From NCBI GenBank assembly GCA_022827055.1, contig JAJDTR010000165.1, positions 17,682 to 81,681 on the forward strand: 64,000 bases of DNA, given 5' to 3'. Made by a program: the position numbers and the translations under genes. This DNA is from Candidatus Poribacteria bacterium (GTDB taxonomy: Bacteria; Poribacteria; WGA-4E; JAJDTR01). How positions within the stretch are numbered: the stretch's first letter is position 1; each line of letters starts with the position of its first letter. Positions 29,955 through 41,056 of the stretch are shown here, one piece after another. The notes under the pieces were generated by a model that saw only the letters and a list, made by a program, of their open reading frames with translations, was not told the origin of the DNA and did not search any database.

Positions 29955-30794
29955 TTAAGCGTTCTCCTCTTGGCGGTCAGCGAGTTGCGCACGAAGGCGT
30001 TCTAATTCGGCTTCCGCCTCTCGCCGCCGTTCCGCTTCCTCGCTGGCAAGTGTTTCCGCGGTGCGCCGCCGCTCGGCTTCTTCTGCGGCAAGCGCCTGCG
30101 CTTCCACTCTAAGGCGATGCTCTTCCTTAGATGTTGTAATCGGCGTGTCATCAGGAAGATACGGGCGCAAAAGTCTGACTTGGGTAGTAAGTTGCTCCTC
30201 CCATCGAAACCAGAGATTTAGCGCTTCGCTGAATAAGCCGCCCTGTTCATCTGGTGCGATTTCCTTCATGCCACCCGATGGGTTTCGCCGCCAACCACGA
30301 AATTCCGGGCGCCTCTCCATATCGGGCTGATGGATAAAATATTCTTGAACGCCTATATCAACCATATACAGTCGGGCCTTTCCATGCCGATCCTGATTCG
30401 CTGTCGCGTCGGAAAGGAACTCAAAAACAGCCGTAGGAACGACGCCTTCCGACCAGGTATAAAAACTTCGCCGCTGTGGATTTTTATCAGCGCCTAGGAC
30501 GACGTAAACATCTGGGGCGACGAACTTTGTGATATCTCCCTCGCGATAATAAATGAAACTGTCAATGCCAATGTAGATGTGCGAGTTAATTTCAAAATAT
30601 CGCGAAAGTTGATCGGAAAACGTGGTAATCTGCTCAGCGTGAAATCCTGTCGCTGCCATAGGTTCATCGTCCTCGCACGGGTATCCCTCAATGTAAATCG
30701 TCGGTTTTCCACTCGCTCTTGGAAAGACGGGCATATATTTTCTCTGCTTGAATGGAAACTCATTTGCGGTGTCCATAATTGTCTTCCTTCGCAA
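29955..30794 (-). CDS. Uma2-family (DUF820) endonuclease with a C-terminal Ala/Glu/Arg-rich coiled-coil tail
   Basis: PD-(D/E)xK-like Uma2 core (IEGYPCEDDEPMA...IGIDSFIYY...PDVYVV) and an EEAERRR repeat tail. Confidence 0.7.
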   Translation of the reverse strand: MRRKTIMDTANEFPFKQRKYMPVFPRASGKPTIYIEGYPCEDDEPMAATGFHAEQITTFSDQLSRYFEINSHIYIGIDSFIYYREGDITKFVAPDVYVVLGADKNPQRRSFYTWSEGVVPTAVFEFLSDATANQDRHGKARLYMVDIGVQEYFIHQPDMERRPEFRGWRRNPSGGMKEIAPDEQGGLFSEALNLWFRWEEQLTTQVRLLRPYLPDDTPITTSKEEHRLRVEAQALAAEEAERRRTAETLASEEAERRREAEAELERLRAQLADRQEENA

Positions 30795-31124
30795 AAGCTA
30801 TTTACAGTCCGTCGGAAAATTCGTGTAGTGACGAAACCGAGTTTTTGAAAACGTGCTGCCTTTCTTCTACTAGTCCGTGTAATCTTCTATTTGGGCGGCA
30901 TGATAATCGCTTGTTAATTTTACGCTTGGATGCGACGGTTAGAACTTCCTATTTGAGGCTATCAATGGAATAAAATTTATCAGACAGCACCTCACTTGTC
31001 AAGGATGAATCACCACGGCAATCAGATGCGATTCGCCCAGTGATGGGAACAATGGGGTTGAAAAAGTAATTGGGATTTGGTATAGTTAAAGCACCCTTCG
31101 ATTCCCAAACGCAAAAGGAGACAA

Positions 31125-31664
31125 ATGATGGAAGAATGGATCAAAGTTTTCATTCCGTTAATCGGCTCGTTAGTTGGAATTGCGGCATTGTGGTGGAAAC
31201 TTACCACAAGCATGGCGACAAAAAAGGACATATCAGAACTTCGGGCTGACATGCATCGAGCCGATGATAGCCTCCGTGCGGACATGAGTAAACTGAGCAA
31301 CAGGCTGGACGCGCTTTATGATGCACATCACACGGGAATAAATAAACTTAATGAGAAGATAGATGCCAATTCACGGGCGCATCACAACGACATAAACAAA
31401 CTCAATGAGAAGATAGATGCCAATTCACGGGTGCATCACAACGACATAAACAAACTCAATGAGAAGATGGAGGCTAGCTTTACCCGACTTGATGAGAAGA
31501 TTGACGCCGGTTTAATCCGACTTGACGAGAAGATAGATGCCAATTCACAGGCGCATCATAACGACATAATGCAAGTGATAAACAAAATAGATGGCGTGGC
31601 GAACGATTTACGAGCCGAAATTAGAGAACGGGTACGCGACAAGGTTCACGACGATGAGGGCTGA
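31125..31664 (+). CDS. membrane-anchored coiled-coil protein built from 18-aa HHNDINKLNEKIDANSRA repeats
   Basis: One N-terminal TM helix followed by tandem heptad-rich repeats. No known family. Confidence 0.5.
   Translation: MMEEWIKVFIPLIGSLVGIAALWWKLTTSMATKKDISELRADMHRADDSLRADMSKLSNRLDALYDAHHTGINKLNEKIDANSRAHHNDINKLNEKIDANSRVHHNDINKLNEKMEASFTRLDEKIDAGLIRLDEKIDANSQAHHNDIMQVINKIDGVANDLRAEIRERVRDKVHDDEG
31323..31484. repeat. three tandem 54-bp coding repeats inside the coiled-coil gene
   Basis: CATCACAACGACATAAACAAACTCAATGAGAAGATAGATGCCAATTCACGGGyG repeated in the sequence. Confidence 0.7.
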
Positions 31665-31693
31665 TCACTCGCCAAAATTCCCGAATTCCGACA

Positions 31694-32182
31694 ATGTCAC
31701 GCAAAAAGATTCTTCCATCCGCTCGACTGGCAGTGATTCTCAAGGATGTCAAAACCAAGGGCAAAACCGTCGTTACTACCAACGGATGTTTTGACGTGCT
31801 GCACCTCGGCCACCTGCGTTACCTGCAAGCGGCTCGCGAGGTCGGCGATTTGCTCGTCGTCTGCGTCAACAGCGACGGTTCTGTGCAAGCGTTGAAAGGC
31901 GCAGACCGTCCACTTGTACCGGAAACCGAACGCGCGGAACTGTTGGCGGGGCTTGAATGCGTGGATTATGTCACGGTATTCTCCGAGTTAGACGCAAAGA
32001 CAGTACTGTCACAGCTGAAACCGGACATTCACATTAAGGGCGGGGATTACAAAACTGATGAGGTTATCGAGCGTGAGGTCGTGGAGGCAAACGGCGGGAA
32101 GGTGATGGTTGGGCTGAATATCCCGGGTAAGTCGACTACCAATCTCATAAAAACCATCCGAGAAAAGTACGGCGCGGAGTAA
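31694..32182 (+). CDS. stand-alone cytidylyltransferase-fold nucleotidyltransferase resembling HldE/RfaE domain II (heptose-1-phosphate adenylyltransferase-like)
   Basis: TNGCFDVLHLGH (HxGH motif) and about 160 aa. Confidence 0.7.
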   Translation: MSRKKILPSARLAVILKDVKTKGKTVVTTNGCFDVLHLGHLRYLQAAREVGDLLVVCVNSDGSVQALKGADRPLVPETERAELLAGLECVDYVTVFSELDAKTVLSQLKPDIHIKGGDYKTDEVIEREVVEANGGKVMVGLNIPGKSTTNLIKTIREKYGAE

Positions 32183-32265
32183 ACGGCATCCTTACGTGTA
32201 CGGCCAAGGTTCGATTAGCAAAAACTCATTACATTGAGAATCGAATTCGCTAAGTGATTTCACAA

Positions 32266-33063
32266 TTATCGATCCTGCTCACCAAGCAACTGCTCAAGTT
32301 CATCCAAGATGTCTGTGGCATCGCCATCGTCTCCTTCCTCCTGACGATCCATCCCGTCTTCTTCCTCCGTTCCTTTCTCCACGGACTCAAGATCTGTCCG
32401 GAACTCGATTAGATTCGCTAGATAGCGTTCGCGCGTGATGTTTTCGGCTTCGCCATGGTTCTCGCGCAAACACTCTCCACAGAACTGACCAATCCGCTGA
32501 ATTCCGTCGTTCACTAGATTTAGCGCTTCCACCCGATTGTCCTCCATCAGACTCAATTCCGCGGACGCTATGCTGTTCATCATGAGCATATATCCCTTGT
32601 ACTGGTAGCTCTGCCACGCAATTTCAGGCGGGGCAAATTGCTTCGCCAAGTTCGTCACTGCTAGGTTGGTATCGGTGTCGCGCTTCACGTCATGCCAGCG
32701 TTTAATCCCGGCACAAAGCAGGTAGCGGGTATATCGGTCATACGATTCGTCAAACAGAGTCTGCCACTCTTCCTCTGTTAATTCAAATCCTTCGTCGCTG
32801 CCGTTCGAGTCTTGATAGTCCTCCATTCGACTTTGGATATACTCGTGATACGAACTTTTTCCGTAGGGCTTCCGTCCGTCGGGACGTCCAGAGGTATACA
32901 TGCGCGACACGGTAAACGGGTTTGGCCGCACGGTAATTACCTCCCTACCGTCCGTCATGCGCACGATTTTGATAGGATGATCAATATCAAATTCGAGGTC
33001 ATTCAAAATCTCGTCAAGCGTCTGTATCAGATGTCTGTGGTTGTTGATGGAATTGGTCGTCAT
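32266..33063 (-). CDS. hypothetical protein with an acidic C-terminal tail
   Basis: ORF with no recognisable motifs. The C-terminus is EEEDGMDRQEEGDDGDATDILDELEQ. Confidence 0.4.
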   Translation of the reverse strand: MTTNSINNHRHLIQTLDEILNDLEFDIDHPIKIVRMTDGREVITVRPNPFTVSRMYTSGRPDGRKPYGKSSYHEYIQSRMEDYQDSNGSDEGFELTEEEWQTLFDESYDRYTRYLLCAGIKRWHDVKRDTDTNLAVTNLAKQFAPPEIAWQSYQYKGYMLMMNSIASAELSLMEDNRVEALNLVNDGIQRIGQFCGECLRENHGEAENITRERYLANLIEFRTDLESVEKGTEEEDGMDRQEEGDDGDATDILDELEQLLGEQDR

Positions 33064-33191
33064 AGTTTAATAAGAGGACAAATCGGTAATCCCAACCCCG
33101 CTAGTTGTGGATGCAATTTACAATATGATATAAGATTTTCGGTTGAAAGGTAACAACAATCTAATCACCACTGTCTAGTTCGCGAGACGAG

Positions 33192-36100
33192 CTACATCTC
33201 GTGCTCTTCATAGTAACTTTGAAGAGGCGAAACGGATATTTCGCCACGGCGGAGTGCATCTATGCCGTTGACCGCACCGGAGGCGCCCGCAATCGTGGAA
33301 AACAGGGGGATGTCGTGCTCAATCGCCATCTTCCGAATGAGCCGTTCATTCGAATGGTGCGAATCACCCGTGGGTGTATTGATGATGAGAGCAACCGCAT
33401 GATTTTTGATATAGTCGTAAATGGTCGGTCGTCCCTTGCCGATACTATGCACCAACGTTACATCCATGCCGTTGCGGCGAAGTACCTTTGCCGTCCCGTG
33501 AGTCGCGATGAGTTTGAATCCCATATCCCAAAGTTTCTTGGCAATGAAGAGAATCGCGCGTTTGTCCTTGTTTCTGACGCTGATAAACGCCGTGCCTTCA
33601 AGCGGCAGTTTGTCGCCGCACGCATCCTGCGCTTTGGCAAACGCTTGAGACAGGTTCATGTCGATTCCCATTACCTCCCCGGTCGATTTCATTTCGGGTC
33701 CGAGGCGTGAGTCTGCTCCCGGGAAACGATTGAATGGAAAAACTGGCGCTTTCACGCTGAAATATTCCGGCTCTATCTCCGCCGTAAATCCTAATTCTCT
33801 GAGGGTTCTCCCCGCCATTACCCGCGCCGCCAATTTTGCCAACGGAACGCCGATGGCTTTGCTGACAAACGGGATTGTCCGCGAGGCGCGCGGGTTCACC
33901 TCAAGCACAAAAATTTGATCGTTGCGGATAGCATACTGGACATTCATCAAACCGCACAAGTTGAGCGTCTTTGCAAGTGCGTAGGTGTACTCCTTAAGTT
34001 GATCGATCTGATCTTCAGCCAGCGTATACGGGGGCAGCACGCAGTCGCTGTCGCCGGAATGGATTCCCGCTTCCTCGATATGTTCCATGATCCCGCCAAT
34101 TACGGTGATATTCCCGTCCGAAATCGCATCCACGTCGACCTCAATGGCATCTTCCAGATATTTGTCGATGAGTATGGGGTGCTCCGGCGATGCGGCGACC
34201 GCTGAACGCATGTAGCCCATCAGCAACTCCTCATTGTAGACAATCTGCATGGCGCGCCCGCCCAAAACATACGATGGACGCACGATGACCGGATAGCCGA
34301 GCGACTCTGCAATCGGTGCCGCTTCTTCGATTGAGGTCGCGATTCCGTTTGGCGGTTGAGCCAGTCCACTTTGATCTAGCACCTCTTTGAACAGTTTCCG
34401 ATCTTCCGAGCGAGCAATGTCATCGGGACTCGTGCCGATGATGGGCACGCCGGCCTCCTGCAGTCCCAACGCAAGATTCAGCGGGGTCTGGCCGCCAAAT
34501 TGAACTATCACGCCCTCCGGCTGTTCGCGGTCAACGATGTTCAGAACATCTTCGTGTGTGAGCGGTTCAAAATAGAGCCGATCAGACGTGTCGTAATCGG
34601 TGCTGACGGTTTCCGGATTACTGTTCACCATAATGGTTTCAAAACCGTCTTCCTTAAGCGCCATCGCGGCATGGACGCAGCAGTAATCAAACTCGATACC
34701 TTGACCAATTCGATTCGGTCCCCCGCCCAAGATCATGATTTTTCTTTTCGAAGTTGGTCGAACCTCATCCTCGCTGGAATAGGTCGAATAGTAGTACGGC
34801 GTCTCGGCTTCAAACTCGGCGGCGCAGGTATCCACCGTTTTGAACGTCACTTCAACTCCTGCCGCCTTGCGCCATCTTCTGATATCCGACTCGGAGGCAT
34901 CAGATATACTTGCGAGTTGGCGGTCGGAAAATCCGAATTGCTTTGCCTTGTATACTAGCTTCCGCGTTGATTCCGTTATCGGCTCATTTGGGGTCCAATG
35001 TCCAAGTTTCTCTTCAAGTTCCGCCTCAAAGTCGACAATCTCCTTGATGTTATACAGGAAAAACGGATCTATCTTCGTATAACCGTGAATCTGTTCAACG
35101 CTCATCCGTTGCCGCAACGCCTGTTTGATGTAAAAAATCCGTTCGACGTTCGGCACGGTAAACTTCTGATCGAGTTCGGACAGTGGCAACTCTTCGAGCT
35201 CATGATTATCTAGCCCGTGCCACCCCGTTTCCAGAGAGCGCAATCCCTTCTGCAGCGCCTCCTTGAAGGTTCCGCCAATCGACATCGCCTCCCCCACCGA
35301 CTTCATCTGAATGGTGAGGGTTTCGTCCGTGCCGCGAAACTTCTCGAACGCCCAACGCGGAATCTTGACAACCACATAATCAATCGTGGGTTCAAAGGAT
35401 GCAGGCGTTTGCCGAGTGATGTCGTTCGGAATCTCGTCAAGCGTGTACCCGACCGCCAGTTTAGCTGCGATTTTGGCAATCGGAAATCCGGTGGCTTTGG
35501 AGGCGAGCGCGGAGCTCCGCGAGACCCGCGGGTTCATCTCAATCACCACCTGCCGTCCGTTGGCGGGATGGACGGCAAACTGAATATTGGAGCCGCCCGT
35601 ATCAACCCCGATTTCGCGGATGATCTTAATTGCCGAATCACGCATGTACTGATATTCTTTGTCCGTTAACGTCTGCGACGGGGCAACCGTTATGCTATCG
35701 CCTGTGTGAACTCCCATCGGGTCGACGTTTTCAATCGAGCAGATTATCACGACGTTATCGGCGCCATCGCGCATAACCTCGAGTTCGAACTCCTTCCACC
35801 CGATCACCGACTCCTCAACCAAGACTTCGTTAATCGGGCTTAACGCCAAACCTGCCCCGACCATCTTCTCAAACTCTTCAATGTTGTAGGCGATTCCACC
35901 GCCAGTACCGCCAAGGGTGAACGCCGGTCGAATAATCGCCGGGAATCCGATCATGGAAATGAGGGCGTTGGCGTCCTCCAACGAATGTGCGATACCGCTC
36001 GTCGGTACGCTCAACCCGATTTCCTGCATCGCTTTCTTGAAAAGTTCGCGGTCTTCGGCTTTCTGAATCGCATCAAGTTTTGCACCGATGAGTTCCACGC

Positions 36101-36434
36101 CGTGTTGGTCAAGTACACCCGATTGCGCGAGCGCCACCGAAACGTTCAACCCGGTTTGCCCGCCTAATGTAGGCAGCAGCGCGTGGGGACGTTCCACCGC
36201 GATGATCTGCGCGACGACCTCCGGTGTAATCGGCTCGACATAAGTGCGGTCCGCGACTTCGGGGTCGGTCATAATGGTCGCCGGATTGCTATTGACAAGA
36301 ACGACCTCGTAACCCTCCTCCTTCAGCGCTTTGCATGCCTGCGTTCCCGAATAGTCAAATTCGCAGGCTTGACCGATGATGATTGGGCCAGAACCGATGA
36401 TCAAGATTCGGTTGATGTCAGTCCGTTTTGGCAT
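33192..36434 (-). CDS. carB: carbamoyl-phosphate synthase large subunit
   Basis: Duplicated ATP-grasp halves and a C-terminal MGS-like domain. N-terminus [30 protein letters not shown]. Confidence 0.95.
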   Translation of the reverse strand: MPKRTDINRILIIGSGPIIIGQACEFDYSGTQACKALKEEGYEVVLVNSNPATIMTDPEVADRTYVEPITPEVVAQIIAVERPHALLPTLGGQTGLNVSVALAQSGVLDQHGVELIGAKLDAIQKAEDRELFKKAMQEIGLSVPTSGIAHSLEDANALISMIGFPAIIRPAFTLGGTGGGIAYNIEEFEKMVGAGLALSPINEVLVEESVIGWKEFELEVMRDGADNVVIICSIENVDPMGVHTGDSITVAPSQTLTDKEYQYMRDSAIKIIREIGVDTGGSNIQFAVHPANGRQVVIEMNPRVSRSSALASKATGFPIAKIAAKLAVGYTLDEIPNDITRQTPASFEPTIDYVVVKIPRWAFEKFRGTDETLTIQMKSVGEAMSIGGTFKEALQKGLRSLETGWHGLDNHELEELPLSELDQKFTVPNVERIFYIKQALRQRMSVEQIHGYTKIDPFFLYNIKEIVDFEAELEEKLGHWTPNEPITESTRKLVYKAKQFGFSDRQLASISDASESDIRRWRKAAGVEVTFKTVDTCAAEFEAETPYYYSTYSSEDEVRPTSKRKIMILGGGPNRIGQGIEFDYCCVHAAMALKEDGFETIMVNSNPETVSTDYDTSDRLYFEPLTHEDVLNIVDREQPEGVIVQFGGQTPLNLALGLQEAGVPIIGTSPDDIARSEDRKLFKEVLDQSGLAQPPNGIATSIEEAAPIAESLGYPVIVRPSYVLGGRAMQIVYNEELLMGYMRSAVAASPEHPILIDKYLEDAIEVDVDAISDGNITVIGGIMEHIEEAGIHSGDSDCVLPPYTLAEDQIDQLKEYTYALAKTLNLCGLMNVQYAIRNDQIFVLEVNPRASRTIPFVSKAIGVPLAKLAARVMAGRTLRELGFTAEIEPEYFSVKAPVFPFNRFPGADSRLGPEMKSTGEVMGIDMNLSQAFAKAQDACGDKLPLEGTAFISVRNKDKRAILFIAKKLWDMGFKLIATHGTAKVLRRNGMDVTLVHSIGKGRPTIYDYIKNHAVALIINTPTGDSHHSNERLIRKMAIEHDIPLFSTIAGASGAVNGIDALRRGEISVSPLQSYYEEHEM

Positions 36435-36507
36435 AATCAATCAGGGATAAAAACTAGGCGTTCAGACACCATCGTATACTCAAGTTGCCGCGGATACGTC
36501 CTAGCCC

Positions 36508-37620
36508 CTACGCTCCTTTCATCAGATCCGTAAATTTCTCAAAAAGATAACTTGCGTCATGCGGACCGGGAGATGCCTCCGGATGGTACTGCACCGAGAA
36601 TATCGGATATTCGGTGTGCCGAATTCCCTCAAGCGTCTGATCATTTAGGTTAATGTGCGTGACTTCCACAGACTTTGGCAGCGACTCGATGTCCACACAA
36701 AAACCGTGATTCTGCGACGTGATTTCCACCTGGCCGGTGTCAAGCCGCTTCACGGGTTGGTTGGCGCCTCGATGTCCAAATTTGAGTTTGAACGATTTTC
36801 CGCCGAACGCAAGCCCTAACAACTGGTGCCCCAGACAGATGCCGAACATCGGCTTTTTGCCGACGAGTTGTCTGATGGTTTCAACCGCATAGTCAACCGG
36901 CTCCGGGTCACCCGGTCCGTTTGACAGGAAGATGCCGTCGGGATTAGCGGCAAGAATATCATCCGCGGAGGTGTGCGCCGAAACCACTTGAACTTCGCAC
37001 CCGTGCCGCGTCAGTTGGCGCAGGATGTTGTATTTAACCCCGAAATCCATGGCAATGACGCGAAACCGCGGTTCGGGTATAGCTTCGGGTTGTTCGCCTA
37101 GCGCGGTGCCGGGATCGCTCCACGAATACGAACCCGAGCAGGTCACCTGTCCGGCGAGGTCCGCTCCGACCAAACCCGGCCAAGCGCGTGCCTTTGCCAC
37201 TAGACTTTCGGGGAGAAGGTCTTCGGTTGAGAGCACCCCGTTCATGACGCCGTGAACGCGCAATCGTCTGGTCAACGCGCGTGTGTCAATATCTTGTATT
37301 CCGATGACGCCGTGTTTTTTGAAATAATCATCAAGGCTCCCGCTAGACCGCCAGTTGCTGTGGCGAGAGCTGTATTCACGCACGACGAACCCTTCAACCT
37401 GAGGCTTGGCGGACTCGATATCAATATCGTTGCACCCATAGTTGCCAATCAACGGATAGGTCATCGTCACAATTTGACTCTTGTACGACGGATCCGTGAG
37501 CACTTCTTGGTAGCCCGTCATACTTGTGTTAAACACAACCTCACCCGATGTCTCGCCGGATGCTCCGAAATGCTCTCCCTCGAATATGGTACCGTCCGAT
37601 AACGCCAATATTGCTTTCAT
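36508..37620 (-). CDS. carA: carbamoyl-phosphate synthase small subunit (glutamine amidotransferase)
   Basis: GATase catalytic triad region GICLGHQLL and CarA N-domain. Confidence 0.93.
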   Translation of the reverse strand: MKAILALSDGTIFEGEHFGASGETSGEVVFNTSMTGYQEVLTDPSYKSQIVTMTYPLIGNYGCNDIDIESAKPQVEGFVVREYSSRHSNWRSSGSLDDYFKKHGVIGIQDIDTRALTRRLRVHGVMNGVLSTEDLLPESLVAKARAWPGLVGADLAGQVTCSGSYSWSDPGTALGEQPEAIPEPRFRVIAMDFGVKYNILRQLTRHGCEVQVVSAHTSADDILAANPDGIFLSNGPGDPEPVDYAVETIRQLVGKKPMFGICLGHQLLGLAFGGKSFKLKFGHRGANQPVKRLDTGQVEITSQNHGFCVDIESLPKSVEVTHINLNDQTLEGIRHTEYPIFSVQYHPEASPGPHDASYLFEKFTDLMKGA

Positions 37621-37665
37621 AGGGTTACGTTATTTTGAATTGTAGGGAATAACGATCGTTATTCC

Positions 37666-38229
37666 TTACAGAATAGCTTCATTCCTCAAAATCGAATACA
37701 ACTTCAAATCGTGAAACCGATTCTTGGCATACGAATGTTGGCGCAGAACCCCCTCGAACTTCATGCCCAGCTTCTCCATCACGCGCGCCGATGCAATGTT
37801 ATCAAGCATACACGTACCCTCTATCCGATTTAAGCCCCACCGCTTGAATGCGTAGCGAATCATTTCACGCACCGCTTCCGTCGCATAGCCCTTCCGCCAA
37901 TACGATCTCGACAAATTGAACGCCGTTTCGGCTCGCCGATGATGAAAGTTGAAACTGTGCAAAAAACACATGCCAATTACTTTTTTATCCGCTTTGTGCA
38001 CGATCGACCAACTCGCAAAATTCTCGGTCGTCAACCATGCGAGCAAATCCTCGCTATCTGCAATAGAGTGGTGAGCACGCCAGAAAGTGTACTTTGTCAC
38101 TTCAGGGTCTGAAATAAACTCGAACGTATCCGAGGCATCGCTTAGTTCTGATGACCTCAGGAGCAGTCGCTCTGTTTTGAGTATTGGCAGATTCTTGAAC
38201 CGCTCATCTTTTTTCACTTGGGACACCAT
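37666..38229 (-). CDS. GNAT-family N-acetyltransferase (RimJ/RimL-like)
   Basis: Acetyl-CoA-binding pattern RRxxGxA-like (WRKGYATEAVREM). Confidence 0.75.
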   Translation of the reverse strand: MVSQVKKDERFKNLPILKTERLLLRSSELSDASDTFEFISDPEVTKYTFWRAHHSIADSEDLLAWLTTENFASWSIVHKADKKVIGMCFLHSFNFHHRRAETAFNLSRSYWRKGYATEAVREMIRYAFKRWGLNRIEGTCMLDNIASARVMEKLGMKFEGVLRQHSYAKNRFHDLKLYSILRNEAIL

Positions 38230-39496
38230 TACGGAGCACCATTACGGGCCAGCCCGTCAGCTCCCAGCCGTCAAAAGGTGTATTTCGGCTCTTGGAATGA
38301 AACCGTTCCGAATCAACCTTGGCAACCCTCTCCGGATCAATCAGCGTAACATCCGCAACAGCGCCGACCGACAGCGTACCCCGATCTATGTGCAGGATGT
38401 GCGCCGGGATGTATGTCATCTTTGCAATCGCGTCCGCTAGGGACAGCCGATTTGCGCGTACCAGATGCGTAAAAACAAGTGGCACGCAGGTTTCCAAACC
38501 GACGATGCCCGGCGGCGCTTCTATCATGCCCAACGCCTTCTCAGATGGTGCGTGCGGCGCGTGATCCGTGGCGATGGCGTCGAGCGTGCCGTCGCATAGC
38601 CCCTCAATCACCGCCTCGACATCCTTCTCCGAGCGTAGCGGCGGGTGCATCTTGGCATTTGTCCCCTGTGTCTCAATCTCCGAATCGGTCAACGTAAAGT
38701 GATGCGGCATGGCTTCCGCCGTAACGTGGACGCCTCTCCGCTTACCCCAACGCACGAGTTCAACCGACCCGGCGGTGCTGACGTGGAGAATGTGAATGTG
38801 TCCGCTCGTCAATTCGGCGAGCATGATGTCGCGTGCGACGATAATGTCCTCGGCGGCATTTGCGCTCCCCGGCAGATCGAGCTTCCGCGAAGTTTCACCA
38901 AGGTTCATGACGCTGCCGGCGTTTAGATTATGCTCTTCGCAGTGCACCGAAACCGGGAAGTCAAGCTCCGCGCTGAGTGCCAGAGCCTGTCGCATCAGTT
39001 CGGCGTTCATAACCGTTTTGCCATCGTCACTCACGGCGACGGCGCCGGCTTCAAGCAGCGCGGGAATATCGGTCAACTCCTCGCCCGCCAGCTTACTCGT
39101 GATACTCCCCAGCGGAAAAACATTTGCCGATGCGGATTCCTCTGCACGCGTATTGACGTATTCGATCACGTCGGGCGAATCCGATACCGGGTCGGTGTTC
39201 GCCATAGATGCTACTGACGTAAATCCGCCGGTTTCCGCTGCAAGGGTTCCGGTGGCAATCGTTTCCTTATGTTCGAATCCGGGTTCGCGCAGATGCACGT
39301 GCATGTCGATTAACCCGGGCGTGACAAGCAACCCCTCCGCGTCAATAACATCGACGTCTGGGACCTCCGCGACGTCAACCCTTCCGCCAACCCGCTCTAT
39401 TCTGTCATCGGCAATGAGTACATCGCCCGCGACGTCGATTCGATTCGCCGGGTCAACGATACGACCATTCTGGATTAGAATCCGTCCCATCCTCAC
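38204..39496 (-). CDS. pyrC: dihydroorotase
   Basis: Amidohydrolase fold with HVHLREPG and a DHAPH-type metal ligand pattern, in pyr-operon context. Confidence 0.9.
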   Translation of the reverse strand: MRMGRILIQNGRIVDPANRIDVAGDVLIADDRIERVGGRVDVAEVPDVDVIDAEGLLVTPGLIDMHVHLREPGFEHKETIATGTLAAETGGFTSVASMANTDPVSDSPDVIEYVNTRAEESASANVFPLGSITSKLAGEELTDIPALLEAGAVAVSDDGKTVMNAELMRQALALSAELDFPVSVHCEEHNLNAGSVMNLGETSRKLDLPGSANAAEDIIVARDIMLAELTSGHIHILHVSTAGSVELVRWGKRRGVHVTAEAMPHHFTLTDSEIETQGTNAKMHPPLRSEKDVEAVIEGLCDGTLDAIATDHAPHAPSEKALGMIEAPPGIVGLETCVPLVFTHLVRANRLSLADAIAKMTYIPAHILHIDRGTLSVGAVADVTLIDPERVAKVDSERFHSKSRNTPFDGWELTGWPVMVLRNGVPSEKR

Positions 39497-40035
39497 TCGA
39501 CCTCGAAAATGGTGGCTCCATCGCTTCCCCGATCCTCGACCAACTGCACCCGAACAATCTCTTTACGCGATGTCGGGACGTTCTTGCCGACGTAATCTGC
39601 GGCAATCGGCAACTCGCGATGCCCACGGTCGATTAACACCGCCAACTGGATCGCCGCCGGGCGCCCAAAATCCATTAGGGCATCCATCGCCGCGCGTATG
39701 GTGCGTCCCGTATAAATTACCTCATCAACCAAAATAATTCGTTTTCCTGTTATATCGAACGGAATGTCCGTGTGGTTCACCTTAACGTCTTGGTCATACA
39801 GATTTACATCGTCCCGGTAGAGGTAGACATCGATAGCGCCAACGGGAACCGTGATTCCTTCGATTTCGTCCAAGTTCTTGGCTATCCGAAGTGCAAGGTG
39901 ATCCCCGCGGCTCTTGATTCCGATCAACACCAGATTGCCAATCTCACGATGATTCCGCTCCAGAATCTCGTGCGATATCCGGATTAAACCTCGTCGGACA
40001 TCCTCGGCTGTCATGACTCTAGCCTTTTCGCGCAT
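39493..40035 (-). CDS. pyrR: bifunctional pyr operon regulator / uracil phosphoribosyltransferase PyrR
   Basis: PRTase motif ILVDEVIYTGRT and about 180 aa. Confidence 0.9.
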   Translation of the reverse strand: MREKARVMTAEDVRRGLIRISHEILERNHREIGNLVLIGIKSRGDHLALRIAKNLDEIEGITVPVGAIDVYLYRDDVNLYDQDVKVNHTDIPFDITGKRIILVDEVIYTGRTIRAAMDALMDFGRPAAIQLAVLIDRGHRELPIAADYVGKNVPTSRKEIVRVQLVEDRGSDGATIFEVE

Positions 40036-40646
40036 GTGCCTAAAACCTCTTGTCTTCTCTCCAGCAGGAGATCCATGATCTCTTGGATTTGTGCGAACTG
40101 TTTAATGCCCTGCCAGTTCCAGTTGTTTGTCCAGAATTTGTCTAACGAGCGATAGCCGATCTTCTCATACTCATACGCTTGAATCATCAATTCGAGTTTG
40201 TCGGCGGCTCTCACCAATTGTCCCTCTACGGAAGTGTTGCTCTCAAACTCTTCCCAGATATCAATGTACTTCTCCCCGACAGTTCCGAACTCTCCAAACA
40301 TCGACTCGACAGCCACTTTCTCTCCGTGCTCTTTTACATCCTCCGAAATGTACTCAAGCGCCGGAAACGGAACATCGCCAATTCGCGCCTCCGCGACCTC
40401 GTGCAGCAATGCCATCCGCATTACCTTTTCGACGTCCAAGCGCACACCGTGGGTGTTCAGCAGATCCGCCAGGATCATCGACAAGAGCGAAACGCGATAG
40501 CAGTGATCGGCTACACTCTCACCATCCTTGATGCCCTGAAATCGCCAACCGGTGCGCGGAAGGTTTTTGAGCACCGCTATTTCTTCGATAAAATCCAATA
40601 TAGTTTGTGCGTTTAGTGCCAAAACAGTTCGAGTTGAGCGTGCCAA
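40011..40646 (-). CDS. HD-domain phosphohydrolase (YfbR-like 5'-deoxynucleotidase family), TTG start
   Basis: ESVADHCYRV...HEVAEARIGD HD motifs. Confidence 0.65.
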   Translation of the reverse strand: MARSTRTVLALNAQTILDFIEEIAVLKNLPRTGWRFQGIKDGESVADHCYRVSLLSMILADLLNTHGVRLDVEKVMRMALLHEVAEARIGDVPFPALEYISEDVKEHGEKVAVESMFGEFGTVGEKYIDIWEEFESNTSVEGQLVRAADKLELMIQAYEYEKIGYRSLDKFWTNNWNWQGIKQFAQIQEIMDLLLERRQEVLGTCAKRLES

Positions 40647-40683
40647 TGCGGCGAATCTAGCCGTGCGATTGAAAAAATAGGCA

Positions 40684-40716
40684 TAAAAAAACCTCCCCGA
40701 ACGAAAAAGGGAGGCA
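40684..40716 (-). terminator. intrinsic terminator (attenuator terminator) 35 nt upstream of the HD-pyrR operon
   Basis: On the minus strand: GCCTCCC-TTTTTCGTTC-GGGGAGG followed by TTTTTTT. Confidence 0.6.
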
Positions 40717-40751
40717 AACAGAATTTTATGAACGATTGCTGCGGATGTATT

Positions 40752-40795
40752 TGGATGTTTTTTGACATCCCTTTCCTAACCTCGCTGGATTAGAT
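40752..40795 (-). promoter_or_regulatory. PyrR-binding loop and anti-antiterminator hairpin of a pyr attenuator
   Basis: The minus strand reads AAUCCAGCGAGGUU, which fits the PyrR site consensus ARUCCNGNGAGGYU exactly. A GGAUGU-CAAAAAAC-AUCC hairpin lies between it and the terminator. Confidence 0.55.
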
Positions 40796-41056
40796 TAAAA
40801 GGGTTCAGCTACACCTTAGTACAACAATCTTATGGTAACATATTTTGTTATTTAAGACAAGCAAAATTTTTTGGTGAGGTCGATTCTCCAACCCCTACCT
40901 CTTCTCCCTCTCTTCTCTCGCTGCCCACTAACCTTCCTCTCTTCCATCCTTCCTCACTCCCCACCGATCACTGCCACTGCTTTTTGCCCCTTCCCCGCTT
41001 TTGTACTTACTGCCTTCCTATCTTCCGCCCTTGCATCCTTCCTTATTCCGCACGGG

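Noticed and set aside
32183-32265. possible tRNA (GGTTCGATT string)
   Set aside because: No acceptor-stem complementarity or cloverleaf could be drawn. It is only a chance T-loop-like pentamer.
40684-40716. terminator read as the 3' end of the secreted-protein gene (41057-42445)
   Set aside because: It lies about 340 bp downstream of that gene but only about 35 nt upstream of the pyr operon, next to a perfect PyrR-box match. An attenuator is the better explanation, though it may serve both roles.
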